Translations under genes and position numbers: made by a program
Source: Rugosimonospora sp.
Lineage (GTDB): Bacteria; Actinomycetota; Actinomycetes; Mycobacteriales; Micromonosporaceae
NCBI GenBank assembly: GCA_036494675.1
Contig: DASXOA010000078.1
Coordinates: 797-64,796 of the forward strand
Reading direction: 5' to 3'
Length of the DNA stretch: 64,000 nt
Shown here: positions 8,549 to 17,070 of the stretch, piece after piece
Position numbering within the stretch: position 1 is the stretch's first letter
Layout of the letters: every line of letters begins with the position of its first letter
The notes under the pieces: generated by a model
What the model was told of the DNA's origin: nothing
The model's database searches: none
Seen by the model: the letters and a program-made list of their open reading frames with translations, nothing else

Positions 8549-10507
8549 ATGCCCCAAGCAGTTCTGGAACCGGCCACACAGCTGCGGCCGCGATCGCACA
8601 CGAGCAGGGCACCTCGCACACTCGGCCGGTCGGCCGGGCTGATCGTCCTGGCCGTACTCGTCCCCACCGCCTGCCACCTGCTGCGCGCCGACTGGGTGCT
8701 GCCCCCGCTGATCCTGGTGGCGACGGCGAGCCTCATGCGCGGCGGCCAGACCCTGCTGGACCGGCTCATGCTGGCCCTGATGCTGCTGCTCGGCGCCACC
8801 TGCGCCGCGGGGCTGCTGCTGTCGGTGTGGCCCTGGGGGCTCAGCCCACCGGCGGTCGGCGCGCTCGCGCTGACCGTACTCGTGGTGACCGGTACGGCAC
8901 TCGACCGCAGGCCCAGCCTGCCCCGCCCCCGGCCGGCCGACGGCCTGCCGCTGCTGGCCGCCCTGGGCGGCGTCGCCTACCTGGGTGTCAGCTACCTGCG
9001 GGCCGACTTCGGCGGCCGGATCAACCGGGCGATGGCCGGTGAGGACCTCGGCCGCCACTTCAGCATCTTCGACAGCATCCGGCAGATGGGCGGCTACCTG
9101 TTCCTCGATCCGAGCGAGGCCGGCCGGCACGTGTACGCCGGCATCATCCGGTACCCGCAGGGATTCCACTTCGTCTGCGCGCTGCTGGACGGGTTCCTGC
9201 GCTCGTCGACGGCACCGGGTACCCCGACCAGCGCGTTCAACCACTTCCTCGGCTTCCACACCGCGGCGTACGGGCTGTTCATGCTGTCCGTGATCTGGGC
9301 CGCCACCTGGATCGGCGGCCCCCTGGTACGCACCGGCGCCCGGCCCGTCGTGCTGTTCGCGTTCCTGACCCCGTTCCTGCTGTACACCGACCTGCTGGCC
9401 AACTACGTCTCCGGGTACTCCAGCGAGATCTTCGGACTGTCGCTGGTCGCCGGCCTCGTCGCGGTGCTGGCCCGACCGCTTCCCGGCATCCGCACGCAGA
9501 TCCTGGTCATCGGGGCGCTGCTCGTGGCCATCGGCTTCAGCTACTACCTCTACCTGCCCGGTGCCGCGCTGGGCAGCCTGCTGTGGCTGGTGCACCGCCG
9601 CCGGCACGTGCGCACCCGCCCGGTGTTCACGGCCGTCGTCGCGGCCGTCGCCGGAGGGCTGGCCGTCCTGCCGGCGGCGCTGGGCATGTTCGTCGGCCGG
9701 GCCGCGGAGGCGCTGAGTGCCCGCGCCAGCATCCGGGACAGCCGGGACCTGCTCATCGCGCTCACGCTGGCGATCCTGGCCGCCATCCTGTGCCGCCCCG
9801 GCGCGCGGCCCCGAACCTGGCTGCGCTACGGGCTGGCGGCCGGCGGCATGGTGGCGTCCGCCGCTGTGCTCGGCGCCTACCAGGCCATCGTCGACGGCTC
9901 GACCGGCTACTACTTCGAGAAGTCGCTGCACGCCGTCGAGGTCGCGCTGCTCGTCGGCGTCGGGGCGCTGGCCCTGCTGGTACCGCCGCCGACCCGGCCG
10001 CGGTCCGCCACGCCGCGCCGGCACCTGGCCGCCGCGCTCCCGGCGGTCCTGCTCGCCGTCGCCGTCGCCGCCGGGCTCGGCGTCGTGCGCGGAGACTCGC
10101 CGTTCCGGCCCCGGGTCACCGCGACGTCCGCCAACTGGGGCCGGGCCTGGGCCACGGGCCGGGTGATCCCGTCCGGCGCCGGCCGCACGGTGGCGTCCAT
10201 CCTGCGGAACCACCCGCCGCGCCCCGGCGAGATCACCCTGGTCTTCACCGACAACGGCCTGCGCCAGTACGACCTGACGCTGTTCGTGTCGGTGTTGCGG
10301 CGCGACGGCTCGGCCGGAATCTTCCGCGCGCTGTACGGGCAGCCCGACAACCTCGTCGACACCGACCCCTCAAGCCTGGAGGCCCTGCTGCTGGACATCC
10401 ACCAGCCGGTCGAGGCGGTCGCGATGACCACGACTACGTCGGCGTTCATCCGGGACATGCGGGCCGAGCACCCCACCCTGGGGCTGCGCCTGGTCGACCT
10501 GTCGTGA
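8549..10507 (+). CDS. Large polytopic membrane protein, unknown family (paralog A1); possible GT-C-like enzyme
   Basis: 652 aa with at least 12 predicted TM helices and a soluble C-terminal domain of about 130 aa. Shares blocks with A2: LSVWPWGL, GEDLGRHFSIFDSIRQMGGYLFLD, YPQGFHFVCALLDGFL, YYFEKSLHAVEV. Confidence 0.7.
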   Translation: MPQAVLEPATQLRPRSHTSRAPRTLGRSAGLIVLAVLVPTACHLLRADWVLPPLILVATASLMRGGQTLLDRLMLALMLLLGATCAAGLLLSVWPWGLSPPAVGALALTVLVVTGTALDRRPSLPRPRPADGLPLLAALGGVAYLGVSYLRADFGGRINRAMAGEDLGRHFSIFDSIRQMGGYLFLDPSEAGRHVYAGIIRYPQGFHFVCALLDGFLRSSTAPGTPTSAFNHFLGFHTAAYGLFMLSVIWAATWIGGPLVRTGARPVVLFAFLTPFLLYTDLLANYVSGYSSEIFGLSLVAGLVAVLARPLPGIRTQILVIGALLVAIGFSYYLYLPGAALGSLLWLVHRRRHVRTRPVFTAVVAAVAGGLAVLPAALGMFVGRAAEALSARASIRDSRDLLIALTLAILAAILCRPGARPRTWLRYGLAAGGMVASAAVLGAYQAIVDGSTGYYFEKSLHAVEVALLVGVGALALLVPPPTRPRSATPRRHLAAALPAVLLAVAVAAGLGVVRGDSPFRPRVTATSANWGRAWATGRVIPSGAGRTVASILRNHPPRPGEITLVFTDNGLRQYDLTLFVSVLRRDGSAGIFRALYGQPDNLVDTDPSSLEALLLDIHQPVEAVAMTTTTSAFIRDMRAEHPTLGLRLVDLS

Positions 10508-10548
10508 CCGGACCGCGCGTTCCCCGACTCCGAGAGGCCGGTGACCCG

Positions 10549-12618
10549 ATGACCGGCAGATCCGTGATCAACGGCAGGCCCGGCCCGGCCAGCCCACGCT
10601 GGGCCGTGAGGACGGACCCGGAACCGCCCGACGTGGCACGCCGGCTGTGGTTCGCGCTCGTCACGGTCACCGGCGCCTGGATCTTCGCGCTCGGCGCGCA
10701 CCTGGCGCACCTCGACGCGGTGACCCTGCTGCTGGTGATCGTGGGCACCGCGGTGACCCTGCGCAGCCCGGGCTCGCCGCTGGACCGGCTGGTCGTCGCC
10801 GTCGCGGTACTCGCCGGCGTGACCTGCGCCGGGGCGCTGGTGCTGTCGGTGTGGCCGTGGCACCTGCGGCCGCAGGTGCTCGGCGGCTGCGCGCTGAGCG
10901 GGCTCGCGCTGGTCACCGCCGTACGCGGCGAGTTGCCGGCGGTGCGGATCCGGCCCCGTACCTCGGATCTCGCCGTACTGGCTCCGGTCGGGGTGCTGGC
11001 GCTCTTCTTCCTGTGGCCCACGTTCAACGCGAGCCTCCCGGTGCGGCTCGGCAGCGTGCTGCGCGGCGAGGACCTCGCCCGGCACTTCGCGATGTTCGAC
11101 ACCATCCGCCGGGTCGGCGGGTACGTCTTCCTGCACCGCACGGCGGCGGGCAGCAGCATCGCGGCCTCGGACCTCGCCTACCCGCAGGGGGCGCACCTGC
11201 TCGCCGCGGTGCTGGACAACTTCCTGACCTCGTCGTCGACGGTCGGGCAGCCCCTGACCTCGATGAGCCATTTCCTCTACTACGACCAGTTGAACTACCT
11301 GTTCCTGGTGTTCGCGGTGCTGTGGTCGGCGCGGCGGCTGGCCGGACCGGGCGTGCGCCCGCTGGCCTTCGTCCCGGTCGCCGGGATCTGCGCGGCCTAC
11401 CTGCTGTTCGGCTCCCCGATCACGACCTACACCTACGGCTTCTTCCCCGAGGTCACCGGCCTCGGCCTCCTCGCCCTGCTCACCGGCGTGCTGGTCCGGC
11501 CGCTGCGCGACGTGCGGGAGCAGGTCGTCGTGATGATGTCGCTGGTCGTCGCCGTGGCCTACTGCTACTACCTGCTGCTGCCCGTCGTCGCGGTCGGCGT
11601 GCTGGGCGCCGCCGTGGTGTACCGCCACCGGCTACGGACGGCATGGCTGTTCGCGACCGTCGTTACAGTCGTCGGCGCCGCCGCGTCGGCGGTACCCCGC
11701 GTCGAGGCACACGGCGACGACGCGCTGTCCCTCCAACTGCTGCTGCAGGACTTCGGCGTGGTACGGGTGCAGCGCGGGCCGGCACTGGCGCTGGGCCTCC
11801 TGGTGCTGCTCGGGATCGGCGCGACGCGGTCCTGGTGGCGCTCCCCCGCGGTCTGGATCATGGCGGTGACCGGAGCCGGGGCGGTCGCGTTCACGGTCGG
11901 CGTCGGCGTGTACGAGACCACCGAGGTCGGCCGGACCCTGTACTTCTTCGAGAAGTCCCTGCACACCGTCATCGTGCTGCTCCTGGTCGCCAGCGGCGCC
12001 GCGACCGGGCTGGCGCAGCGGGTGCTGCCCGTGGCGGCCCGCTCACGGGCGGCTCCGCTGGCCCGCTCACGGTCAATACCGCTGGCCCGCTCACGGGCGA
12101 CACCGCTTGCCCGCTCACGGGCGACACCGCTGGCCTGCGCGCTGGCGCTCGGCCTGGTACCCGTCGCGGCGCTCGGCGGCCTGGACTGGGATCCGCAGCA
12201 GCTCGCCGGCGCAGAGTTCCACGATCCGGCGTACGGCACGAGCCCCGGCCGGCTGCTGGTCGCCGGTTCGATCTCGGAGACCGGGCCGGCCAGGACCGCG
12301 CTCACCGTCGCGGCCGCCTTCCCCGACCCCGGCGACAAGATCACGTTGATCGCCACCGGCCGGCAGACCGACAACCTGAGCACCTTCTACACCTGGATGA
12401 TGGAGCGCGACTACGGCCGGGCGTGGCGGCTGTACCCGAGCACCTTCACGACCCGCACGGCCTACGAGTACGAGGTGCTCATCCTGAGCAACCAGAGCCG
12501 GCACTTCAGGGTGGTGACCGACAATCCGGTCACCGCGACCAGCCTCGCCACGCTCTCCATCCTCCGGCCGGACCTGCAGCTCGAGGTCGACGACCTCCGT
12601 CAGATGCACAATTGGTGA
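10549..12618 (+). CDS. Large polytopic membrane protein, unknown family (paralog A2)
   Basis: In frame with ORF 9583..12618, starting at ATG 10549 (MTGRSVINGRPGPASP...). Blocks shared with A1: LSVWPWHL, GEDLARHFAMFDTIRRVGGYVFLH, YPQGAHLLAAVLDNFL, LYFFEKSLHTVIV. Starts 41 nt after A1. Confidence 0.7.
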   Translation: MTGRSVINGRPGPASPRWAVRTDPEPPDVARRLWFALVTVTGAWIFALGAHLAHLDAVTLLLVIVGTAVTLRSPGSPLDRLVVAVAVLAGVTCAGALVLSVWPWHLRPQVLGGCALSGLALVTAVRGELPAVRIRPRTSDLAVLAPVGVLALFFLWPTFNASLPVRLGSVLRGEDLARHFAMFDTIRRVGGYVFLHRTAAGSSIAASDLAYPQGAHLLAAVLDNFLTSSSTVGQPLTSMSHFLYYDQLNYLFLVFAVLWSARRLAGPGVRPLAFVPVAGICAAYLLFGSPITTYTYGFFPEVTGLGLLALLTGVLVRPLRDVREQVVVMMSLVVAVAYCYYLLLPVVAVGVLGAAVVYRHRLRTAWLFATVVTVVGAAASAVPRVEAHGDDALSLQLLLQDFGVVRVQRGPALALGLLVLLGIGATRSWWRSPAVWIMAVTGAGAVAFTVGVGVYETTEVGRTLYFFEKSLHTVIVLLLVASGAATGLAQRVLPVAARSRAAPLARSRSIPLARSRATPLARSRATPLACALALGLVPVAALGGLDWDPQQLAGAEFHDPAYGTSPGRLLVAGSISETGPARTALTVAAAFPDPGDKITLIATGRQTDNLSTFYTWMMERDYGRAWRLYPSTFTTRTAYEYEVLILSNQSRHFRVVTDNPVTATSLATLSILRPDLQLEVDDLRQMHNW
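12037..12132 (+). repeat. Four tandem 24-bp repeats, in frame within A2
   Basis: gcccgctcacgggcggctccgctg / gcccgctcacggtcaataccgctg / gcccgctcacgggcgacaccgctt / gcccgctcacgggcgacaccgctg. These encode (ARSRxxPL)x4. Confidence 0.9.
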
Positions 12619-12665
12619 GCGTCGTCGAGGTGTCCCCCATCACCGTCCGCTACACTCTCAGCCTC

Positions 12666-13694
12666 GTGAGAGTCCTCGTCACCGGCGGAGCCGGCTTCAT
12701 CGGGTCGAACTACGTACGCGCCGTCCTGTCGGGGAGATATCCCAGCATGTCGGGCGCCCAGGTGACCGTCCTCGACAAGCTGACCTACTCCGGCAATCCG
12801 GATAATCTTGCCGAATACAGCGATGATCCGCGCCTGACCTTCGTCCGCGGCGACATCTGCGACGCCCCGCTGCTGACCGACCTGCTCCCGGGGCACACGG
12901 CCGTGGTCCACTTCGCCGCCGAGTCGCACGTGGACCGCTCGATCCTCGGCGCGGCGCCGTTCGTCACCACCAACGTGCTGGGCACCCAGGTCCTGCTGGA
13001 CGCCGCCCGGCTGGCCGGGGTCGAACGGTTCGTCCACGTGTCCACCGACGAGGTGTACGGCTCGATCGAGGAGGGATCCTGGACCGAGTCGTGGCCGCTG
13101 GTCCCGAACTCCCCGTACTCCGCGTCCAAGGCCAGCTCCGACCTGCTGGCGCTGGCCGCGTACCGGACCCACGGCCTGGACGTCGTGGTCACCCGGTGCT
13201 CCAACAACTACGGGCACCACCAGTTCCCGGAGAAGGTCGTCCCGCTGTTCGTCACGAACCTGCTCGACGGCCGCAAGGTCCCCCTGTACGGCGACGGCGC
13301 CAACATCCGCGACTGGCTGCACGTCGACGACCACTGCCTCGGCATCCAACTGGCGCTGGAGAAGGGCCGGGGCGGCGAGGTCTACAACATCGGCGGCGGT
13401 ACCGAGATGACCAACCGGGAACTCACCGAGCGGCTGCTGACCGCGTGCGGCGCGGACTGGAGCAGCGTCGAGCAGGTCACCGACCGCAAGGCGCACGACC
13501 GCCGGTACTCGCTGGACATCAGCAAGATCTCCAGCGAGCTCGGATACGCGCCGCAGGTCGACTTCGAGTCCGGGCTGGCCGCCACCGTGCGCTGGTACGC
13601 GGACAACCGGGCCTGGTGGGAGCCCCTGAAGGCAGCCGCGTCGCTGCCCGTCGGGCCTCCTCCCAGCGCGGACGCCGGTGGAAGCGCCAGCTGA
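12666..13694 (+). CDS. rmlB: dTDP-glucose 4,6-dehydratase
   Basis: GTG 12666 gives VRVLVTGGAGFIGSNYVR...HFAAESHVDRS...YSASKASSDLL...DGANIRDWLHVDDH, i.e. the extended-SDR motifs of RmlB. In frame with ORF 10647..13694. Confidence 0.95.
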   Translation: MRVLVTGGAGFIGSNYVRAVLSGRYPSMSGAQVTVLDKLTYSGNPDNLAEYSDDPRLTFVRGDICDAPLLTDLLPGHTAVVHFAAESHVDRSILGAAPFVTTNVLGTQVLLDAARLAGVERFVHVSTDEVYGSIEEGSWTESWPLVPNSPYSASKASSDLLALAAYRTHGLDVVVTRCSNNYGHHQFPEKVVPLFVTNLLDGRKVPLYGDGANIRDWLHVDDHCLGIQLALEKGRGGEVYNIGGGTEMTNRELTERLLTACGADWSSVEQVTDRKAHDRRYSLDISKISSELGYAPQVDFESGLAATVRWYADNRAWWEPLKAAASLPVGPPPSADAGGSAS

Positions 13695-14590
13695 TGCGGT
13701 GGCTCGTCACCGGTGCCGGCGGCATGCTCGGCCGGGACGTGTGCGCGGTGCTGGCCGAGGCCGGCGAGACCGAGGTGGCCGGGGCCACGCGGGCCGATCT
13801 CGACCTGCTCGACCATGAGGCGCTCGCGTCGGCGGTGACCGGACGGGACGTCGTGATCAATGCGGCGGCCTGGACCGACGTGGACGGGGCGGAGACCGAC
13901 GAGGCGGCCGCCACGGCGATCAACGGCGACGCCGTCGCCGACCTCGCCAGGCTGTGCAACGCGACCGGGGCGTACCTGGTCCACCTCTCCACCGACTACG
14001 TGTTCGCGGGCGACGCCGCCAGCCCGTACCCGGAGGACGCGCCGACCGCGCCCCTCAACGCGTACGGGCGGGGCAAGCTGATCGGCGAGGAGGCGGTGCT
14101 CGCCGAGCTGCCGGACCGCGGGTACGTGGTCCGGACCGCCTGGCTCTACGGCGCGCACGGCGGCAACTTCGTCGCCACGATGCTGCGGCTGGCCGCAGCG
14201 CGCGACACGGTCGACGTGGTGGCCGACCAGGAGGGTCAGCCCACCTGGTCCTACGGCCTGGCGACGCAGCTCGTCGCGCTCGCCGGCCGGGCGGCCGGCG
14301 GGGACGCCCCGGCCGGCCTGTACCACGGCACCGCCGCCGGGCAGACGACCTGGTACGGGCTGACCCGGGCGGTCTTCGAGGAGGCCGGTCTCGACCCGGA
14401 ACGGGTCCACCCGACGACTACGGAGAGGTTCCCGCGTCCGGCCGCGCGGCCCCGGTACAGTGTGCTCGGACATGACCGGTGGAAGGTGGCCGGCCTTCCC
14501 GCACTGCCCGACTGGCGGCACATGCTGTCCACCGCGTTGCCGCACTTCGACCCAGCCCTGATCCGTTCCGCGCAACGCGCGGCCCTGTGA
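13694..14590 (+). CDS. rmlD: dTDP-4-dehydrorhamnose reductase
   Basis: MRWLVTGAGGMLGRDV...VINAAAWTDVDGAETDE...HLSTDYVFAG...YGRGKLIGEEAV. Its start shares 1 nt with the rmlB stop codon (TGATG). Confidence 0.9.
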   Translation: MRWLVTGAGGMLGRDVCAVLAEAGETEVAGATRADLDLLDHEALASAVTGRDVVINAAAWTDVDGAETDEAAATAINGDAVADLARLCNATGAYLVHLSTDYVFAGDAASPYPEDAPTAPLNAYGRGKLIGEEAVLAELPDRGYVVRTAWLYGAHGGNFVATMLRLAAARDTVDVVADQEGQPTWSYGLATQLVALAGRAAGGDAPAGLYHGTAAGQTTWYGLTRAVFEEAGLDPERVHPTTTERFPRPAARPRYSVLGHDRWKVAGLPALPDWRHMLSTALPHFDPALIRSAQRAAL

Positions 14591-14626
14591 GAGAGCGGCC
14601 CACGGAAGCGGCCACGTGAAAGAGGC

Positions 14627-14974
14627 ATGGTGAAGCTCACGATTCTCACCGCCATCAGCGGCCTCGCTGTGTTGGTGATCATCTTTGAACTGGTTCGCCG
14701 GCGACAGCTCCGGGAGAAGTACGCCATTCTCTGGGGCCTGGTGGGCATCGTGGTGATCCCACTCGCGATCTTCCCGGGCCTGCTGAACCCGCTGTCCCGC
14801 GCCGTCGGGGTGGCCAGCGGGGTCAGCCTGGTCCTCTTCCTGGCCGTCGTCTTCCTGCTGGTGGTCTGCATCCACCTGAGCTGGGAGGTCAGCCGGTTGG
14901 AGGAGGAGACCCGGACGCTCGCCGAGGACCTGGCACTGCTGCGTACGGAGCTCAGGGAGCGGGTCGACCAATGA
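14627..14974 (+). CDS. Small membrane protein (DUF2304-like, from memory), usual partner of a GT2
   Basis: 115 aa with several TM helices and a C-terminal coiled-coil-like tail (SRLEEETRTLAEDLALLRTELRE). Its stop overlaps the start of the GT2 (ATGA). Confidence 0.65.
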   Translation: MVKLTILTAISGLAVLVIIFELVRRRQLREKYAILWGLVGIVVIPLAIFPGLLNPLSRAVGVASGVSLVLFLAVVFLLVVCIHLSWEVSRLEEETRTLAEDLALLRTELRERVDQ

Positions 14975-15672
14975 TCAATGGGAAGCGGGTGCTGATCGTC
15001 ATCCCCGCCTGGAACGAGCAGGCCTGCGTCGCCGACGTGGTCCGCGAGGTGCGCGGCGAACTGCCCGGCGTCGGGGTGCTCGTCGTCGACGACGGGTCGA
15101 AGGACCGGACCTCGGTGGTCGCGCGCGAGGCCGGCGCGACGGTCGCCCGGCTGCCGTACAACCTCGGGGTGGGCGGCGCGATGCGGCTGGGCTACCGGTA
15201 CGGGCACGAGCACGGCTACGACGTCGTCGTCCAGATCGACGCGGACGGGCAGCACGACCCGCGCTACGTGCCGAAGCTGGTCGACGCGCTCGACGACGCC
15301 GACTTCGTGATCGGCTCCCGGTTCGCCGGCGAGGGCGATTACACCGTGCGCGGCGCGCGCAAGTGGGCGATGAGCATGCTGTCCATCGCGCTGTCGCGGA
15401 TGGCCCACGCGAAGCTGACCGACACCACCTCCGGGTTCCGGGCCGCCAACCGGCGCACGATCGAGCTGCTGGCCTACTGGTACCCGGTGGAGTATCTCGG
15501 CGACACGATCGAGGTGCTGGTGCGGCTGCTGCGCAACGGTTACCGGGTCGCTCAGGTACCGGTGACGATGCGCCCCCGCCAGGGCGGCACGCCGAGCCAC
15601 TCCCCGATCAAATCGACGGTCTACCTCGCCCGGGCCACGCTCATCTTCGCCCTGTCGATGGTCCGCAAGTGA
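14971..15672 (+). CDS. Family 2 glycosyltransferase (soluble)
   Basis: 233 aa with a GT-A pattern: VLIVIPAWNE...VVDDGSKDRT...QIDADGQH...TSGFRA. Confidence 0.85.
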   Translation: MINGKRVLIVIPAWNEQACVADVVREVRGELPGVGVLVVDDGSKDRTSVVAREAGATVARLPYNLGVGGAMRLGYRYGHEHGYDVVVQIDADGQHDPRYVPKLVDALDDADFVIGSRFAGEGDYTVRGARKWAMSMLSIALSRMAHAKLTDTTSGFRAANRRTIELLAYWYPVEYLGDTIEVLVRLLRNGYRVAQVPVTMRPRQGGTPSHSPIKSTVYLARATLIFALSMVRK

Positions 15673-17045
15673 GGCGGCTGCTCGGACTGCTACCCCCCGG
15701 TACGGTCGCGGTCGGCAGCGGCCTCGTCGTGCTCGGACTCGCCTCGTACGTGCACATCTCGATCGCGAGCCACACCCTGGGCAGCCACGGTTACGGCGCG
15801 TTCGCCGTGCTCTGGGCGATCGTGTTCACCATCGGGCTGGGCCTGTTCTTCCCCATCGAGCAGGAAGTCACCCGGATCATCGCGGGCCGGCGGGTGAACG
15901 GGGACGGCAACGCGTCCGCGTTCCGCCGGGGAGCGATCCTGTCCCTGATCCTGTTCCTGATCGTGTGCGTGCTGCTGGCCGCGTTCACCCCGCTGATCGC
16001 CGAGAAGCTGTTCAACGGCGAGCGTGACCTGGTACCGGTGATGGCCGGCGGCTTCGCCGGGCTGGCGCTGGCGTACCCGACCCGGGGCGTGCTGGCCGGT
16101 ACCGGCCGCTTCGGCGCGTACGGCGCCCAGCTCGGCATCGACGGCGGCCTGCGGATCGTGATGGCCGCCGTGCTGGGCGTGCTGGGCGTGAAGTCCGCCG
16201 TCATGTTCGGGCTCATCCTCCTCGTCGCACCGGTCATCTCGGTCATCGCCACGGCTCCGGCGATCCGCGCCGCGCTGACCCCGGGCAGCCCGCTGGCCTG
16301 GCCGGCGTTCGGCCGGCGGGTGGCGCCGCTGATGGCCTCGACGCTGCTCGCCCAGGTCGTCGTGAACATCGCGGTGATCAACGCCAAGCTGCTCGCGCCG
16401 CACGCCGACGCGCTGACCGGCGCGCTGCTGTCCGCGCTGACGCTGGTGCGCATCCCGCTGTTCGTGTTCGGCTCGTTGCAGGCGTCGCTGCTGCCCGGGC
16501 TGTCCGCCGCGGCGGCCACCGGCGACCGGCCCGGGTTCCGGAAGCTGCTGCTGCGCGCGTGCGGGATCGTGCTCGCCCTCGCCGTCGCGGGCGGCGTACC
16601 GGCGATCGTGTTCGGGCCGTGGCTGCTGCGCCTGCTGTTCGCGACCGGTGGCGTGCTGGGCGACATCGACTTCGCCGTACTCGCCGTGGGGACCGCCGCG
16701 TACCTGCTGGCCCAGGTGCTCGGCCAGGCCGCGATGGCGCTGGGCCACCACCGCGACCAGACGCTGGCCTGGCTCGGCGGTACGGTCGCGCTGGCCGCGG
16801 TCACCGCGCTGCCGATGGACGTGAAGCTGCGGGTCGAGTGGGCCTACACGGTCGGCTCGGTCGTGGTGGCGCTGATCCTGGTGGTCGCGGTGAGTCGCCG
16901 GACCAACCGGCAGGCCGCCGCGGACCGGGCGGCGCCTGCCGCTGCCGGACGCCCGGTCGGCACCCTCGGCGACGATGCGGGCACCGGCCCGGCGGCGGAT
17001 CAGACGATGGCCCCGGCGCCGGCCTGGCCGCAGCCCAGCCGCTGA
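15669..17045 (+). CDS. Polysaccharide flippase-like (Wzx/MOP-type) membrane protein
   Basis: GTG 15669 overlaps the GT2 stop codon (GTGA). About 458 aa, 12-14 TM helices, Gly/Ala/Leu-rich, with a Pro/Ala-rich C-terminal tail. The family call rests on topology and context only. Confidence 0.55.
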   Translation: MRRLLGLLPPGTVAVGSGLVVLGLASYVHISIASHTLGSHGYGAFAVLWAIVFTIGLGLFFPIEQEVTRIIAGRRVNGDGNASAFRRGAILSLILFLIVCVLLAAFTPLIAEKLFNGERDLVPVMAGGFAGLALAYPTRGVLAGTGRFGAYGAQLGIDGGLRIVMAAVLGVLGVKSAVMFGLILLVAPVISVIATAPAIRAALTPGSPLAWPAFGRRVAPLMASTLLAQVVVNIAVINAKLLAPHADALTGALLSALTLVRIPLFVFGSLQASLLPGLSAAAATGDRPGFRKLLLRACGIVLALAVAGGVPAIVFGPWLLRLLFATGGVLGDIDFAVLAVGTAAYLLAQVLGQAAMALGHHRDQTLAWLGGTVALAAVTALPMDVKLRVEWAYTVGSVVVALILVVAVSRRTNRQAAADRAAPAAAGRPVGTLGDDAGTGPAADQTMAPAPAWPQPSR

Positions 17046-17070
17046 CACCGCCCCGTCAGACACCGCCCCG

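Noticed and set aside
12037-12132. A possible CRISPR-like or other non-coding repeat array. The same question applies to 45648-45740 and 20017-20067.
   Set aside because: The units are head-to-tail with no spacers, number only 3-4 copies, and in two cases are in frame inside coding sequence. No cas genes are present.
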